The translations under genes and the position numbers were made by a program. This document shows positions 47,800-57,878 of a stretch of 64,000 bases of DNA, piece after piece. The DNA comes from Pelomyxa schiedti (Eukaryota > Protista > Evosea). Within the stretch, counting starts at the first letter, position 1. Each line of letters begins with the position of its first letter. The notes under the pieces were generated by a model. It was not told the DNA's origin, ran no database searches, and saw only the letters and a list, made by a program, of their open reading frames with translations. Location of the stretch: NCBI GenBank assembly GCA_020536535.1, contig JAHLWZ010000837.1, positions 1 to 64,000 of the forward strand, in the 5' to 3' direction.

Positions 47800-49011
47800 A
47801 TGGACCGTAATGCTAATGGAGCCTCCGACACCGGAAACAAAGAGAGCCGGGGAGACGAACCAGGTGATCTCACAGTTTCAGTCCAAATGGAGCCTACCCT
47901 CACGTCCCAGTCTCAGTTCGTTGCCCTGGCTTCTGGGTGCCTGATTCCTCGATGCGGCCTCCACAGCGCCGTTCGCCTCCTTTCACCCGTGCTCCTGGCC
48001 GAGATTGGCCGATTATGGGTCGTGTGCGGCGCCCGCCACGTGGGCTTCTCGATGAGCAGGACGATGGGCTCGGTCACGCGCAGCAAAACGGTTCAGCTCA
48101 ACGTGTTCGTCGCGATCTCGCCTACGCTCGGCGTCGTCACCCATAATTGCGTGGAGTGCGAAGACGGCACCACCCTCAAAGGCAGCATCGGCCCCGACAG
48201 GTTCCTGGCGGAGCGCCACGCCGGCGCGCACGATGTCGTTTCGATTGTGGACGGGCGCGGCCAGCCGGTTGTGAGTGAAGTGGCGGTGGCGCCGTGGTGG
48301 AGTATGCTGCAGGCAGCGTGCAATTATGGGTGGATTGTGATGTCTGCTACCTCGTACTTTTCTATTGTCAGAGTGGTTGGGGGTGAAATGGTTGGGAAAC
48401 CTTGCGAGATACTATCTGGTGTGTATGAGTTCCAGCCGCGTGCGGGCGTTTTTGCAAGTCAGAGTGGTGATATCTACGCTCTAGGGGTGAAGAAAGTCAT
48501 GGGCGAAGAGGAGAGCATGGAGTGCAAGATACTTATCCTGGATTTGGCACAGACGCTCGCGAAGAAGGCTCTTACTGTTTTACAGGAGTTCAGCAGTCTC
48601 GACTCCTACGGCGAGTGCTTTATTGTTGGTTCCGTGTGCTTCAGCATCAACAATTCTGATCACTTCATACAAAACGCAGCCACCGGCGAGACTCAGAAGC
48701 TGCCGAGGTTGTGTTACCTGTTCCCAGTGAGTGTAGACCACTTTTGCGTTCACAGCTCAGAGAAGCTGACCATCCACCGAGCCGGCGAAGACACCAATAA
48801 GCCCAGTCTCTCGTTCCCATCATACGGGCCACTGGATTCCAGCCCCCAGACCGGCAGAACAGGCATCATCATTGTACCGGCAGCCGTTGCCCCAAAGTAC
48901 TTGCCACCACCATCACTGTCACCAATGTTACCCCAGTCAAAGTCCCTTGCTCTTGTGGATGTCCCATCAGGCACAACCATTGCACTTATGGTTTTGTCCT
49001 GCAGTGTGTAA
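47800..49011 (+). CDS. Intronless hypothetical protein, beta-rich, with N-terminal SQFVALA...RCG..S..LL motif
   Basis: 403-aa uninterrupted ORF from ATG to TAA. No classical domain recognised. Confidence 0.75.
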   Translation: MDRNANGASDTGNKESRGDEPGDLTVSVQMEPTLTSQSQFVALASGCLIPRCGLHSAVRLLSPVLLAEIGRLWVVCGARHVGFSMSRTMGSVTRSKTVQLNVFVAISPTLGVVTHNCVECEDGTTLKGSIGPDRFLAERHAGAHDVVSIVDGRGQPVVSEVAVAPWWSMLQAACNYGWIVMSATSYFSIVRVVGGEMVGKPCEILSGVYEFQPRAGVFASQSGDIYALGVKKVMGEEESMECKILILDLAQTLAKKALTVLQEFSSLDSYGECFIVGSVCFSINNSDHFIQNAATGETQKLPRLCYLFPVSVDHFCVHSSEKLTIHRAGEDTNKPSLSFPSYGPLDSSPQTGRTGIIIVPAAVAPKYLPPPSLSPMLPQSKSLALVDVPSGTTIALMVLSCSV

Positions 49012-49291
49012 CGGTTTCACCTTCGAAAATTCCAGAACTGTTCTTGAGGTTAGGAAAAAAGAGGTTTGACTCTTTGACACCAAGGATCAATCGACGCCAC
49101 CCACAGTCAAAGGGGAAAAAAAAAAGCAACTTGTTGCGTACTATCTGGTAATTCCGTTGATTTGCTTTTTTTTCGCCGGTGATGCGGAAACTAGAAGAGG
49201 GTGGAAGTTCTCGTTCAGTTCGAGTGTCATTTCGTTCCATTTAATCACAGTGGGGTCTCGTGTGTGCGTGGTGAAGTGAGATCTTGCGGTG

Positions 49292-51431
49292 ATGTCGCTG
49301 CTATTAGAGGTTGTTATTGGGTGTGTGATAACGTGGATCTTTGCACGGTGGTGCCCCTCGCTCGTGGACGCGAAGGCGTTTATGTTCAAGTGGACATTCC
49401 GGTGCGTACGCCAGCCTTTTGTTGTAGCTTCTTTTTTGATCTATGTCGCGATGTTTTGTTAAGTTCATCGTAAGTGCCGTAGCGTCGATTCCGGCAGCAC
49501 GTCGATTTGTGGATAAATCCAGAAACACAGCCATTGGGATGTTGGTTGAAGACCACCGAAAGAGCACCTCCACACTGCCCAAGTTTGTCTGCCTTCCAGA
49601 AGTGGGCTTGCCTGAGGATAAAGTCATGGACTTGCTGAAAGAGGCTAGAAAGATCGAAGAAAATCACAGAGCTGGTGTGAATGTAACATCATATACCTCG
49701 CATTTGATTATCCCCCACACAATCCTAGCACTCTGGGTGCATCTACTCTTCTGATCATGACCACAATGATCTGGTAGCCACTGCAACCACATGGTTCCCT
49801 TTCGCTGATGCCCTGCACTCAGAAGTCTATGTTTGGTGCGTCCCTTTGGCTTCAGGGTTTTGACTAACCTAATGACAGTGCCAGAAAGATGGAAGCTGAA
49901 ATAATCAGGATGACTGCCACAATGTTACATGGTGATCAACGGCCTGGTGTGTGCGGAATTGTTACAAGTGGCGGGACAGAAAGGTTTTCTTTGGCAACGT
50001 CACATTATTTTTTGCTCACTCCAAATCCAAGTATTCTACTTTCAACCAAGGGGTACCGTAATAGAGCCATACAGCAAGGAATGGATCCTGACAACCTGGA
50101 AATCCTTGCTGCAGATTCTGTTCATTCGGGTATCAACTATCATGTTTTATCTGTGGGACGTACTCCTAACAACAAAACAGCCTATGTTAAAGCCGCCCAT
50201 CTATTAAGAGTAAAATTAGTGCGAGTACCCGTTAGAAAGCCTACCCTGGATGCTGATATCCGGGCAATGAGTGCCAAATTAAACAAGAACACTTTTCTGG
50301 TTTGGTTCTGGTCACCACCTCCCTGCTGATTTTGCTTTCAGGTGGTTGCATCCGCACCAAGTTTTCCACATGGTATTGTTGATGACGTGGAAGCTCTGGC
50401 CAAAATGTGTCTACGAGCGGGAGTCGGTCTTCATGTCGACTCCTGTCTTGGTGGATTCGTTCTACCGTTCGCGAAACAACTTGGATATCCAGTCCCAAAC
50501 TTCGATTTCTCCGTGGAGGGTGTAACTTCCATGTCCTGTGACACGCATAAGGTTTCCCTTTCTTGTCATAGTTCTGTCTGACCATAAGTAGTATGGGTGT
50601 GCCCCAAAAGGAACTTCGGTGGTGCTATTTGCCTCACAAGAACTTCGCTCTCATGCCTTTTTCCATGATTCTGAGTGGCCTGGTGGCTTGTAAGTGCAAT
50701 TTATAACTTCACCATTTAGAGCACTCTTTCGTTTTTCCCTGTTCAATAAAACTGATAATATTTCACATACTCAGAGAACTTTTCCTTTTACAGATATAGC
50801 ACTACCACCCTTCTTGGTAGTAGACCTGGCTCTGTAGTTGTTGGAACCTGGGCTTCAATGCTTCATAAAGGAGTATCTGGGTACCTGGCTACAGCAAAGG
50901 CAATGCTAGAAACTTCGGCAAAAATAGTTGCCGGGTTAGTAATTTCCTATATCGTCAGCTTTTTAACATTACCAAGGCTACGCAAAATTCCGGATGTTAC
51001 AGTCCTTGGAGATCCTGATAAGCTCTTGTTTGGTATCAAATAAAAACTCCTTAAATGGAAATTGACACACAACAGTTGTTCCATTTACCACTCACCGTGT
51101 AAGTATTTTCAAAGTAGCTGAAGCATTGAGCCGGAAGAAGTGGTCTCTAAATGTAATGCAGAATCCAGAGTAAGTTTTTATTTTATTGTTTTTATTGTAC
51201 CTCTCTAACTACTGCACCAGTGCTGTGCATCTGTGTGTGACTGGGTACCACGTAGGCCAGGAAGATGTCTTCATATCAGCAGTTGAGACATCAGTAAGAG
51301 AAGTTGCTGAGAATCCAAAGCAGTTCAATTCCAAGGCACCTTTTTATGCTGGGGCAGCCCTTATTGGTGATAGAGAGGTTCTTGCGAGCTTGCTGGGGGA
51401 CATCCTTGCTGCAATGGAAGACACTGTTTGA
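49292..51431 (+). CDS. SGPL1: Sphingosine-1-phosphate lyase (PLP-dependent, group II decarboxylase fold)
   Basis: N-terminal transmembrane anchor; [20 protein letters not shown]|[47 protein letters not shown]|YGCAPKG, WPGG, GSRPG. Confidence 0.92.
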
Positions 51432-51482
51432 TTCATCACTGGATACCAACGAAAAATTTTTGGCTGCTGAACGGAAAAAAAT

Positions 51483-52604
51483 TCATTTTTTTAGACCAAG
51501 CTGTTTCAGCATTATTTCCAAAGGTTCTTCTGCCAGGTGCCTCAACCAGAAATGAGAAGCTCCAGAAACAATAGTAAGAGTTGTGTGCTTGTGCCCCAGG
51601 GCCTTCAGTTTCCCCACTAGCCACTGTGAACACATAGGAACCACCATTGTGTCATTGTCGCCCTGCCATATGTGAATCGGCACCTCGGCAAGGTCTCTTA
51701 CAAAGGCAGGGAAGTCATAGTGTTGTGCAGGTGTCGTGATAATCTTCATGAGGTCCGGTTGCCCCCGGTTGTAGTACCTCTGAGACCTGATCATATCCTG
51801 GGCCATGGCCTCCATTCCCGCAAATGGAAGCTCACCAAAAGTCGCGAAGATCTCCTCGGCAGGCTTGGAAAAAGCGCTTGCGTAGAGGTACTTGATGACC
51901 ACGGGGCCGAGCAACGTCGGCATCAGCCGGTGCTGTATGAACCCATTGGCAGGGTCCGGGATAAGCTGGGCGAATCCGCCAAAGTCCGGCATTGCAGGGA
52001 TTCCGGGGGCGCCCAGCAGCACCCCCAGGAGCTGCGTGTGCCCGCTCCTGGCCACGCTGTGAGCCACGGAAATGCCCACGGCGCCCCCCAGCGACCCCCC
52101 GAGGACTATCACCCTCTTGATGCCCAGATGGCCCAGCAGGGCGCACACGTCGTCTCCGTACGAGCCCAGCGTGGCCCCGCTCCCCTGGTCGTGGGGAGTC
52201 GACAGCCCGAATCCGGGGTAGGTCGGCGCGATCACCCTCCTGGGGCCCAGTGGTGTCTCTGAGGTGCTGGGCTCGGGGCTGGGGCTGGGGCTGGGGCGGG
52301 GGCGCAGGCTCAGGCCCAGGGCGGCGTTGATGGACCACTCGGAGCCCTTGCCGGTCGTGGCGCCGCCGTGCAGGCCGAGCAGGACCAGGTCGGTCTCGCT
52401 GGGGTCGCCGTAGTCAAAGTACTCGAGCAGGCGGCCGTCGGGGAGCACGAGGAAGCGGGCGCCGTCGGCGGCCCCGAGGGCCGTGGCAGCTTCCAGCCCA
52501 ATAGGAGTGTATCTGTTGGCGTCCCACACCACCCACACCAGCCACAGCACGACGGCACTCAGCACTGTAGCTGCCACCATCCCAACCTTCTTACACCACC
52601 CCAT
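51483..52604 (-). CDS. Alpha/beta hydrolase with N-terminal signal/TM segment, intronless
   Basis: LPDGRLLEYFDYG, LHGG, PGFGLS, nucleophile elbow GGSLGG, HIWQGDNDTMV, GASH. Confidence 0.88.
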   Translation of the reverse strand: MGWCKKVGMVAATVLSAVVLWLVWVVWDANRYTPIGLEAATALGAADGARFLVLPDGRLLEYFDYGDPSETDLVLLGLHGGATTGKGSEWSINAALGLSLRPRPSPSPSPEPSTSETPLGPRRVIAPTYPGFGLSTPHDQGSGATLGSYGDDVCALLGHLGIKRVIVLGGSLGGAVGISVAHSVARSGHTQLLGVLLGAPGIPAMPDFGGFAQLIPDPANGFIQHRLMPTLLGPVVIKYLYASAFSKPAEEIFATFGELPFAGMEAMAQDMIRSQRYYNRGQPDLMKIITTPAQHYDFPAFVRDLAEVPIHIWQGDNDTMVVPMCSQWLVGKLKALGHKHTTLTIVSGASHFWLRHLAEEPLEIMLKQLGLKK

Positions 52605-52904
52605 CGTCTTCAAAACAATGACTGTGGCCTGTCTGCTTATGGGCTTAAAAGTCACCAATTCCTATGTTCGCGTGAAACCACCAAGTAGAAGAAAAACTGA
52701 GACTATTTTTTGAGACTGGAAGCAACTCTCAGGGAATGAAGCTGATAGACCCCGAAGTCCACTATCCTTTCTTTGTTCTTCGTGGTAGATACTGTTCCTT
52801 GCGGAAGCTGAAGTTGTTCAATTCAGCATCTGACACTACATCTGACAAATCATCTTCGCCTCCATCGATCTTTCATCAGTTCCTTCTATTTTTCGAAAGT
52901 CGAT

Positions 52905-54952
52905 ATGGCAGGTGCCGGTTTTTTGGTGCTGTTGGCGCTTCAATCGCTTTTCTTGGGTCTGCGTGCAGACACCTCAGTGTCTCAGAGATTGTCCAGTTGT
53001 GCCGATGTGTATCAGACGGCCAGGGACACGGACGACCGGATCACATGGAAACAGTGCGTTCCATTGCTCGGTGACGCGGTTCTTGGTCAAAACTGGACCG
53101 TGGCTGTCGATACCAGCCGTGTGTTCCTGTTCATCCATTTGAAACCGAGAACCTGCCTGTGCAATTAACTTCGAAACGGTTCGTTTTTGTAGAGACGTAC
53201 CAACAGATCCTTGGATTTGGTGGTGCGTTCACTGAAGCTGCTTCTTATGTTTTCAGTCTTATGAACCCAGATGTACAGCAGGAGATTCTTAATGCGTACC
53301 CATACTTTTGTTTCCCCACTCTCTAGCTCACACTGTACTACATAGTTATTTTGGGCCCACAAACTCAAATCTTTACACGCTGGGCCGGGTTCCAATCGGT
53401 TCAATTCCAAACTCAATAGTTGCGGTGTTGTATAACACTCCCCAGGTAGTTGTGATTTTAGTCTTGGGAGCTACTCCTATGATGATACTGCCGGGGATTA
53501 TTCTATGGAATACTTCTCAATTGAACATGACCAGGAACTAATAATTCCATTTATAAAGCAAGCCGTTTCCCTCTCTGAGGTCAGTGAGTGCTTTCTTCCG
53601 CGGAGTTCGGAGTAAATTTGTATTAGGAATCTGGGAGAACATTCAAGATGTTTGGTAGTCCCTGGTCTCCTCCCGCTTGGATGAAGAAAAATGGAGCTAT
53701 GAATGGATCAGCTTTCGAAGGACTCATTAGTGACCCCCAAACTCAGCAAGCATGGGCATTGTACATATCAAGATTTATCCGAGAGTACCGAGTAAGCATT
53801 TCCACAGATGCATTGTTAACTAATGTCCATCCCTCAGAATACTGGAATTCCTGTTTGGGCAATTACTCCCCAAAACGAACCCACTAGTGATGGAAGTGAA
53901 TGTGGTTCGTCCCGTGGAGATTGTGAAGCCTGTCAATACACGTACCATTCACAAGTCCTCTCTTTCTCCTAATTGAATCAAGTGCCTCCTACATGAAAGA
54001 TTTTATTAAAGGTTACCTGGGTCCGCAAGTCAAGACAGATTTTCCTGATATAACGTGCGGTACTTTGCATGGATTATTGGAATAAACTTTTCACACAGGA
54101 TAATGATGCTGGATGATGATAAGGAGCACCTAAATTACTGGGCAAGGGAAATCCTGGATGATGCCGATGCAAGTCAATGTTTGTATTCACTTCGGGAATA
54201 AGTTTCGCAACTCAATCTCCAACAGATATTGATGGTATTGGTGTCCACTGGTACTGGGTTTTTGAAGACTTCTATCGGCTTGATGCAGTCCATGACAGCT
54301 ACCCTTCCAAATTCCTTCTCGCTACTGAGGTACCTTCATTCCTTCATTTCTGGGGCCTGGGTTCAATTTATAAAGGCCTGCAACTGTCACGGAGTCAAAC
54401 TTGGTGATTGGAGTAGAGGTGAAAAATATGGAAAAGATATCTTGGGAGACTTGGCACACTGGGTGACTGGGTTTGCTTGATTCTCTTACGTACAAAATTG
54501 ATGAACAAAACAGGTGGGTTGACTGGAACTTGGTATTGGATACAAATGGAGGACCAAACCATGGTGCGTACAACAATCCAAAAACAAGAAGGAATTGTAT
54601 TAGTAATAACAAAGCCACTGACTCTGAAATTTGAGGGGAAAACTGGTGTGATGCACCGCTGATTGCCAATACAACTGATGGCACAACACTATATTACCAG
54701 CCGCCTTACTGGTACATGGGGCATTTTACAAGGTTCCTGCCACCCGGGAGTACCAGAGTGGCAGTAAACACGCTTGAAGAGTCCGATGTGCAGGCTGTGC
54801 CATTCCAGCTTGAGAATGGCAGCATTGCTGTTGTGGTTCTAAACCTCTCGGATTCCCAATATGACTACCAAATACAACTCGTGCAGCAGAACCAGTTTGT
54901 GGTTATCACCCTCCCTTCCCATTCCATCCAGACAGTACTGATTGCTGCCTAA
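52905..54952 (+). CDS. GBA: GH30 glucosylceramidase (GBA-like)
   Basis: YQQILGFGGAFTEA, GRVPIG|SCDFS, FGSPWSPPAWMK, WAITPQNEP (acid/base), GIGVHWY, FLLATE|AC (nucleophile), DWNLVLDTNGGPNH, YWYMGHFTRFLPPGS. Confidence 0.93.
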
Positions 54953-55031
54953 ATTGAATTATTTAATGTTCTCTGTGCGAATTGAAAAAAAAAGGATTCA
55001 GTAAAAATTTTTAAGTGAAACCTTGCATACC

Positions 55032-55607
55032 TTATGACTGCTGATGCTTGGCAACACACGTGGATGTATCCAAGTGCAAATAGTGAAGAAATTTCCTCCT
55101 AGCAGCAATTGCCTGAGCCAGCCACTGCAGTTCTTCAAGTAATTGCTCTTGGTCCCTGAATTCAGCCAACCTGCCACTGGTTGCAAACTCTGAGATAAAT
55201 CTCACTGGATCAAATTCGGTCTGTGTCGATTCGGTTTTCATCAGGCCTGCGCTCTTGGTCCTCCTTTCTTCCGGGTTATTTGTGTTGACATTCCTTGCCG
55301 GATTGGGTTTCGCCGTTTGCGACTTGGCGGCGTTTGATTTTGACTGGGCCAATTGTGCTCGTTCTTGATGGAGGAGACCCTCGTTGTCTGTCAAAGAAAA
55401 GGAGGCCATATGTGCAGGGACACCGGTGTCACTAGAGTCCAGTTGCGACGATTGAGGCCAGCGAGGTGGACCAAATGTAGTAGAACCGTAGTCCTTTGGC
55501 CAGATCAATTCCCTCACTGCACGTGGACCTTCAATCGATTCCACAATTGACTCGTAATCTAGTCGCACAGACAACAACGCCTCCCTCGATACACCAGCCC
55601 GTTTCAT
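55032..55607 (-). CDS. IQCC-like protein
   Basis: VRLDYESIVESIEG and LLEELQWLAQAIAARRKFL resemble the two conserved blocks of IQCC as recalled. The ORF is intronless from the ATG at 55607. Confidence 0.55.
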   Translation of the reverse strand: MKRAGVSREALLSVRLDYESIVESIEGPRAVRELIWPKDYGSTTFGPPRWPQSSQLDSSDTGVPAHMASFSLTDNEGLLHQERAQLAQSKSNAAKSQTAKPNPARNVNTNNPEERRTKSAGLMKTESTQTEFDPVRFISEFATSGRLAEFRDQEQLLEELQWLAQAIAARRKFLHYLHLDTSTCVAKHQQS

Positions 55608-55664
55608 CGACGAAATAGGTAGTTCTATCTCCAAAATCCTTTCTAAAGGTTATCAATTCACCGA

Positions 55665-55672
55665 TCCCATAA
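55665..55672 (+). promoter_or_regulatory. snRNA upstream element (DUSE/USE-like) for U2
   Basis: TCCCATAA begins 61 nt before the U2 5' end. The same octamer lies upstream of U5. Confidence 0.8.
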
Positions 55673-55725
55673 CCGGGACAATCAGGTGGGGGGGTAGTCT
55701 CGAGGGAACCGAGAAAACCAAATTC

Positions 55726-55940
55726 ATACCTTCTCGGCCTTTTGGCTAAGATCAAGTGTAGTATCTGTTCTTTTCAGCTTAATATCTGAAAGCTGCCCAT
55801 TGGGTAGCATCGATATTAAACTTATTTTTCGTGGGGTCGCTGGGGGTGCCTGCTTGGTGGTGGGGCTTGCTCCGCCGCCTTGTTGGGTGCCCTCCTGATT
55901 GCCCAGGCACTGCACTGCCGCCTCGTGTGGTCAGCCCCAC
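55726..55940 (+). ncRNA. U2: U2 spliceosomal snRNA
   Basis: ATACCTTCTCGGCCTTTTGGCTAAGATCAAGTGTAGTATCTGTTC. Branch-site pairing GTAGTA at 55758-55763, stems IIa/IIb, Sm-like ATTTTTCG at 55824-55831, a long stem III and a stem IV loop containing TGCAC. The 3' end is approximate. Confidence 0.96.
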
Positions 55941-56302
55941 TTTTTCAGAACAAAGAAAAAAACCTTACTTCTCCAGGTCTCTGTAAAACCTACCACTAAT
56001 CGAATGGGACCCTGAGAGAGGCGGTTAAGGGGACACCAATAACTGATTCTAATACCTTGAGAAAGTGGGGCACAACATTGTTGGGTGCCCTCCTGATTGC
56101 CCAGGCACTGCACTGCCGCCTCGTGTGGTCAGCCCCACTTTTAATAACAAATATAAACAAAGGTTATTTCAGTGCTAAGTACGGTGCGAATCGCTGATGG
56201 ATTCCCGGATTGGTGAAACCTACCACTAATCTCATGGGACCCTGAGAGTGATTCAGGCGACACCTATAACTGATTCTAGTGCCTTGAGAAAGTGCACAAC
56301 AT
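55880..56302 (+). repeat. Tandem duplication of the U2 3' end plus downstream flank
   Basis: 55880-55944 is identical to 56078-56142 (65 nt). 55986-56078 is similar to, but diverged from, 56216-56302. Confidence 0.9.
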
Positions 56303-56498
56303 GGTAGTGGGCGTTAACCAAAGCAATACAAACAACTAACTCTTGTGTTTGAATCCTGGCTTCTTACTCCTCACAACAGGTAAAACAACAACCGGCATCA
56401 CCCCAGCACACCTCACAGTGTGGTGGTCTCTATCCAAACCCAATCTTGTAGTTTTTCCGGGAAAACTTTTCTTTCCCAGAAGTGAACCATGATCGATC

Positions 56499-56506
56499 TC
56501 CCATAA
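56499..56506 (+). promoter_or_regulatory. snRNA upstream element (DUSE/USE-like) for U5
   Basis: TCCCATAA; the U2 spacing of 61 nt lands on an ATCA at 56560, a plausible U5 start. Confidence 0.78.
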
Positions 56507-56559
56507 TGTAACTGACTGTCACGGGGGTATAAAGACCGATAGAGCCTAGAGTCGATCAA

Positions 56560-56690
56560 ATCACCGGCGCAGGGCCAGGCGCATAACGTTTTTGTCATTC
56601 GCCTTTTACTAATGAGCAACCGTGCTCCTGGTCGTCATTAAATGCGCTTTGATCACGTATTTTTGTGATTGAGAGGGGCAACCCTCTCTC
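56560..56690 (+). ncRNA. U5: U5 spliceosomal snRNA
   Basis: Invariant loop I GCCTTTTAC (56601-56609) closed by a TCATT/AATGA stem, then CCGTG. Sm site ATTTTTG at 56659-56665 and 3' hairpin GAGAGGGGCAACCCTCTC at 56671-56688. The 5' end is inferred from promoter spacing. Confidence 0.92.
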
Positions 56691-56786
56691 CTCTTTAAAA
56701 AACAAATTAATTAATTCCGCTAATTCAACACAAGCCCCCGACTTTCCTACATACTAGCAATACAATCCAACAACTTGTAAAAACTC

Positions 56787-57728
56787 TTATGTGCAACAGG
56801 TTGATAGGCTGTGCTTGTGTGGTGCTGGCGTGTTCTTTCTCCTTTTTTTTGTATCGTTGTCTGGGGTTGTTCCTACTACTTGTCTGACAGTCAATGTTGA
56901 GTGAGCCGCCTTAGAAGCAAGCCTTGCATACTCAGGGCGACACTTGTCCAGTTCTTCTGGTGACAAGTGCTCCACAATGTCACGGGCCAAGTACAAAAAT
57001 GCTTCCCCTACACCAATGTCACGTTTGGCTGATGCTTCAAAGTATTCCACGTTTGCGTTCTGTGCCATGGCAAGTGCATCACTTGATGTGACAATTCGGT
57101 CCCCTCTGTCAATCTTTTTTTTGTTGTTGTTTCATTTAACACACCAAATTCTGAAGACTACAAAGAGAGAGCTATCTACCTTGTTCCCTACAATGCAAAA
57201 CCTGATATTCTGGGGCGCATACAAACGAAGCTCTTCTATCCACGCTTGTATTTTGAAGAAGCTTCTCAAGTCAGTTACATCATAGACTAGAAGGGCTCCC
57301 TGGGAGGAGTGATAGTAGCTACGTGTAATGCACCTGAAAAGGCAAAGACCCTTGATCATTTTATATACAAACTACTCTGGATAACATACCTAAATCGCTC
57401 CTGACCCGCAGAATCCCATATCTAGTTGTATACATGTTATATTGTACACATTTAAACACAGCAAATACCTGCAGCTGGAGGCGTTTACCGCACACAGTCA
57501 GTTTCTTTGTGAAGTAGTCAACACCAATCGTTGAGGCTGTCGATGTGTAGTCAAATGTATCATTTGCATATCTTGCAGCAAGTGCTTTCGTCAAGAGTCA
57601 GAAAAGACTTTGTGGAACAATTGAGTCCAATGCACACCTGATTTGCCCACTCCCGATTCACCCAAGAGTATTATCCTGATGTTATATTCGTGTGGCTGGT
57701 TGTCGTCTCCTGTGTGTCCCCTGCCCAT
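56787..57728 (-). CDS. Rab-family small GTPase
   Basis: GESGVGKS, TIGVDY, WDSAGQERFR, ITRSYY, GNK|ID, EASAK and C-terminal CCT prenylation motif; 4 introns. Confidence 0.93.
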
Positions 57729-57878
57729 CCAAGCTTGGCTTTTTTTTTGTTTGTCCTCGTCATCATCCACTTCCCACCAAAATTAGGCGGGGTACAAATA
57801 AAATGCCACCCTGTTTTGCTGTTTACTCTTTGTTGTTTTCTTGCCACTTTTGAAGAAAGGTTGCAGGTGGGACTCTCG

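Noticed and set aside
56000-56240. Reverse-strand TCCCATGA/TCCCATTC as promoters of antisense small RNAs
   Set aside because: They are imperfect matches, lack the G-box at the expected spacing, and have no recognisable RNA 61 nt downstream.
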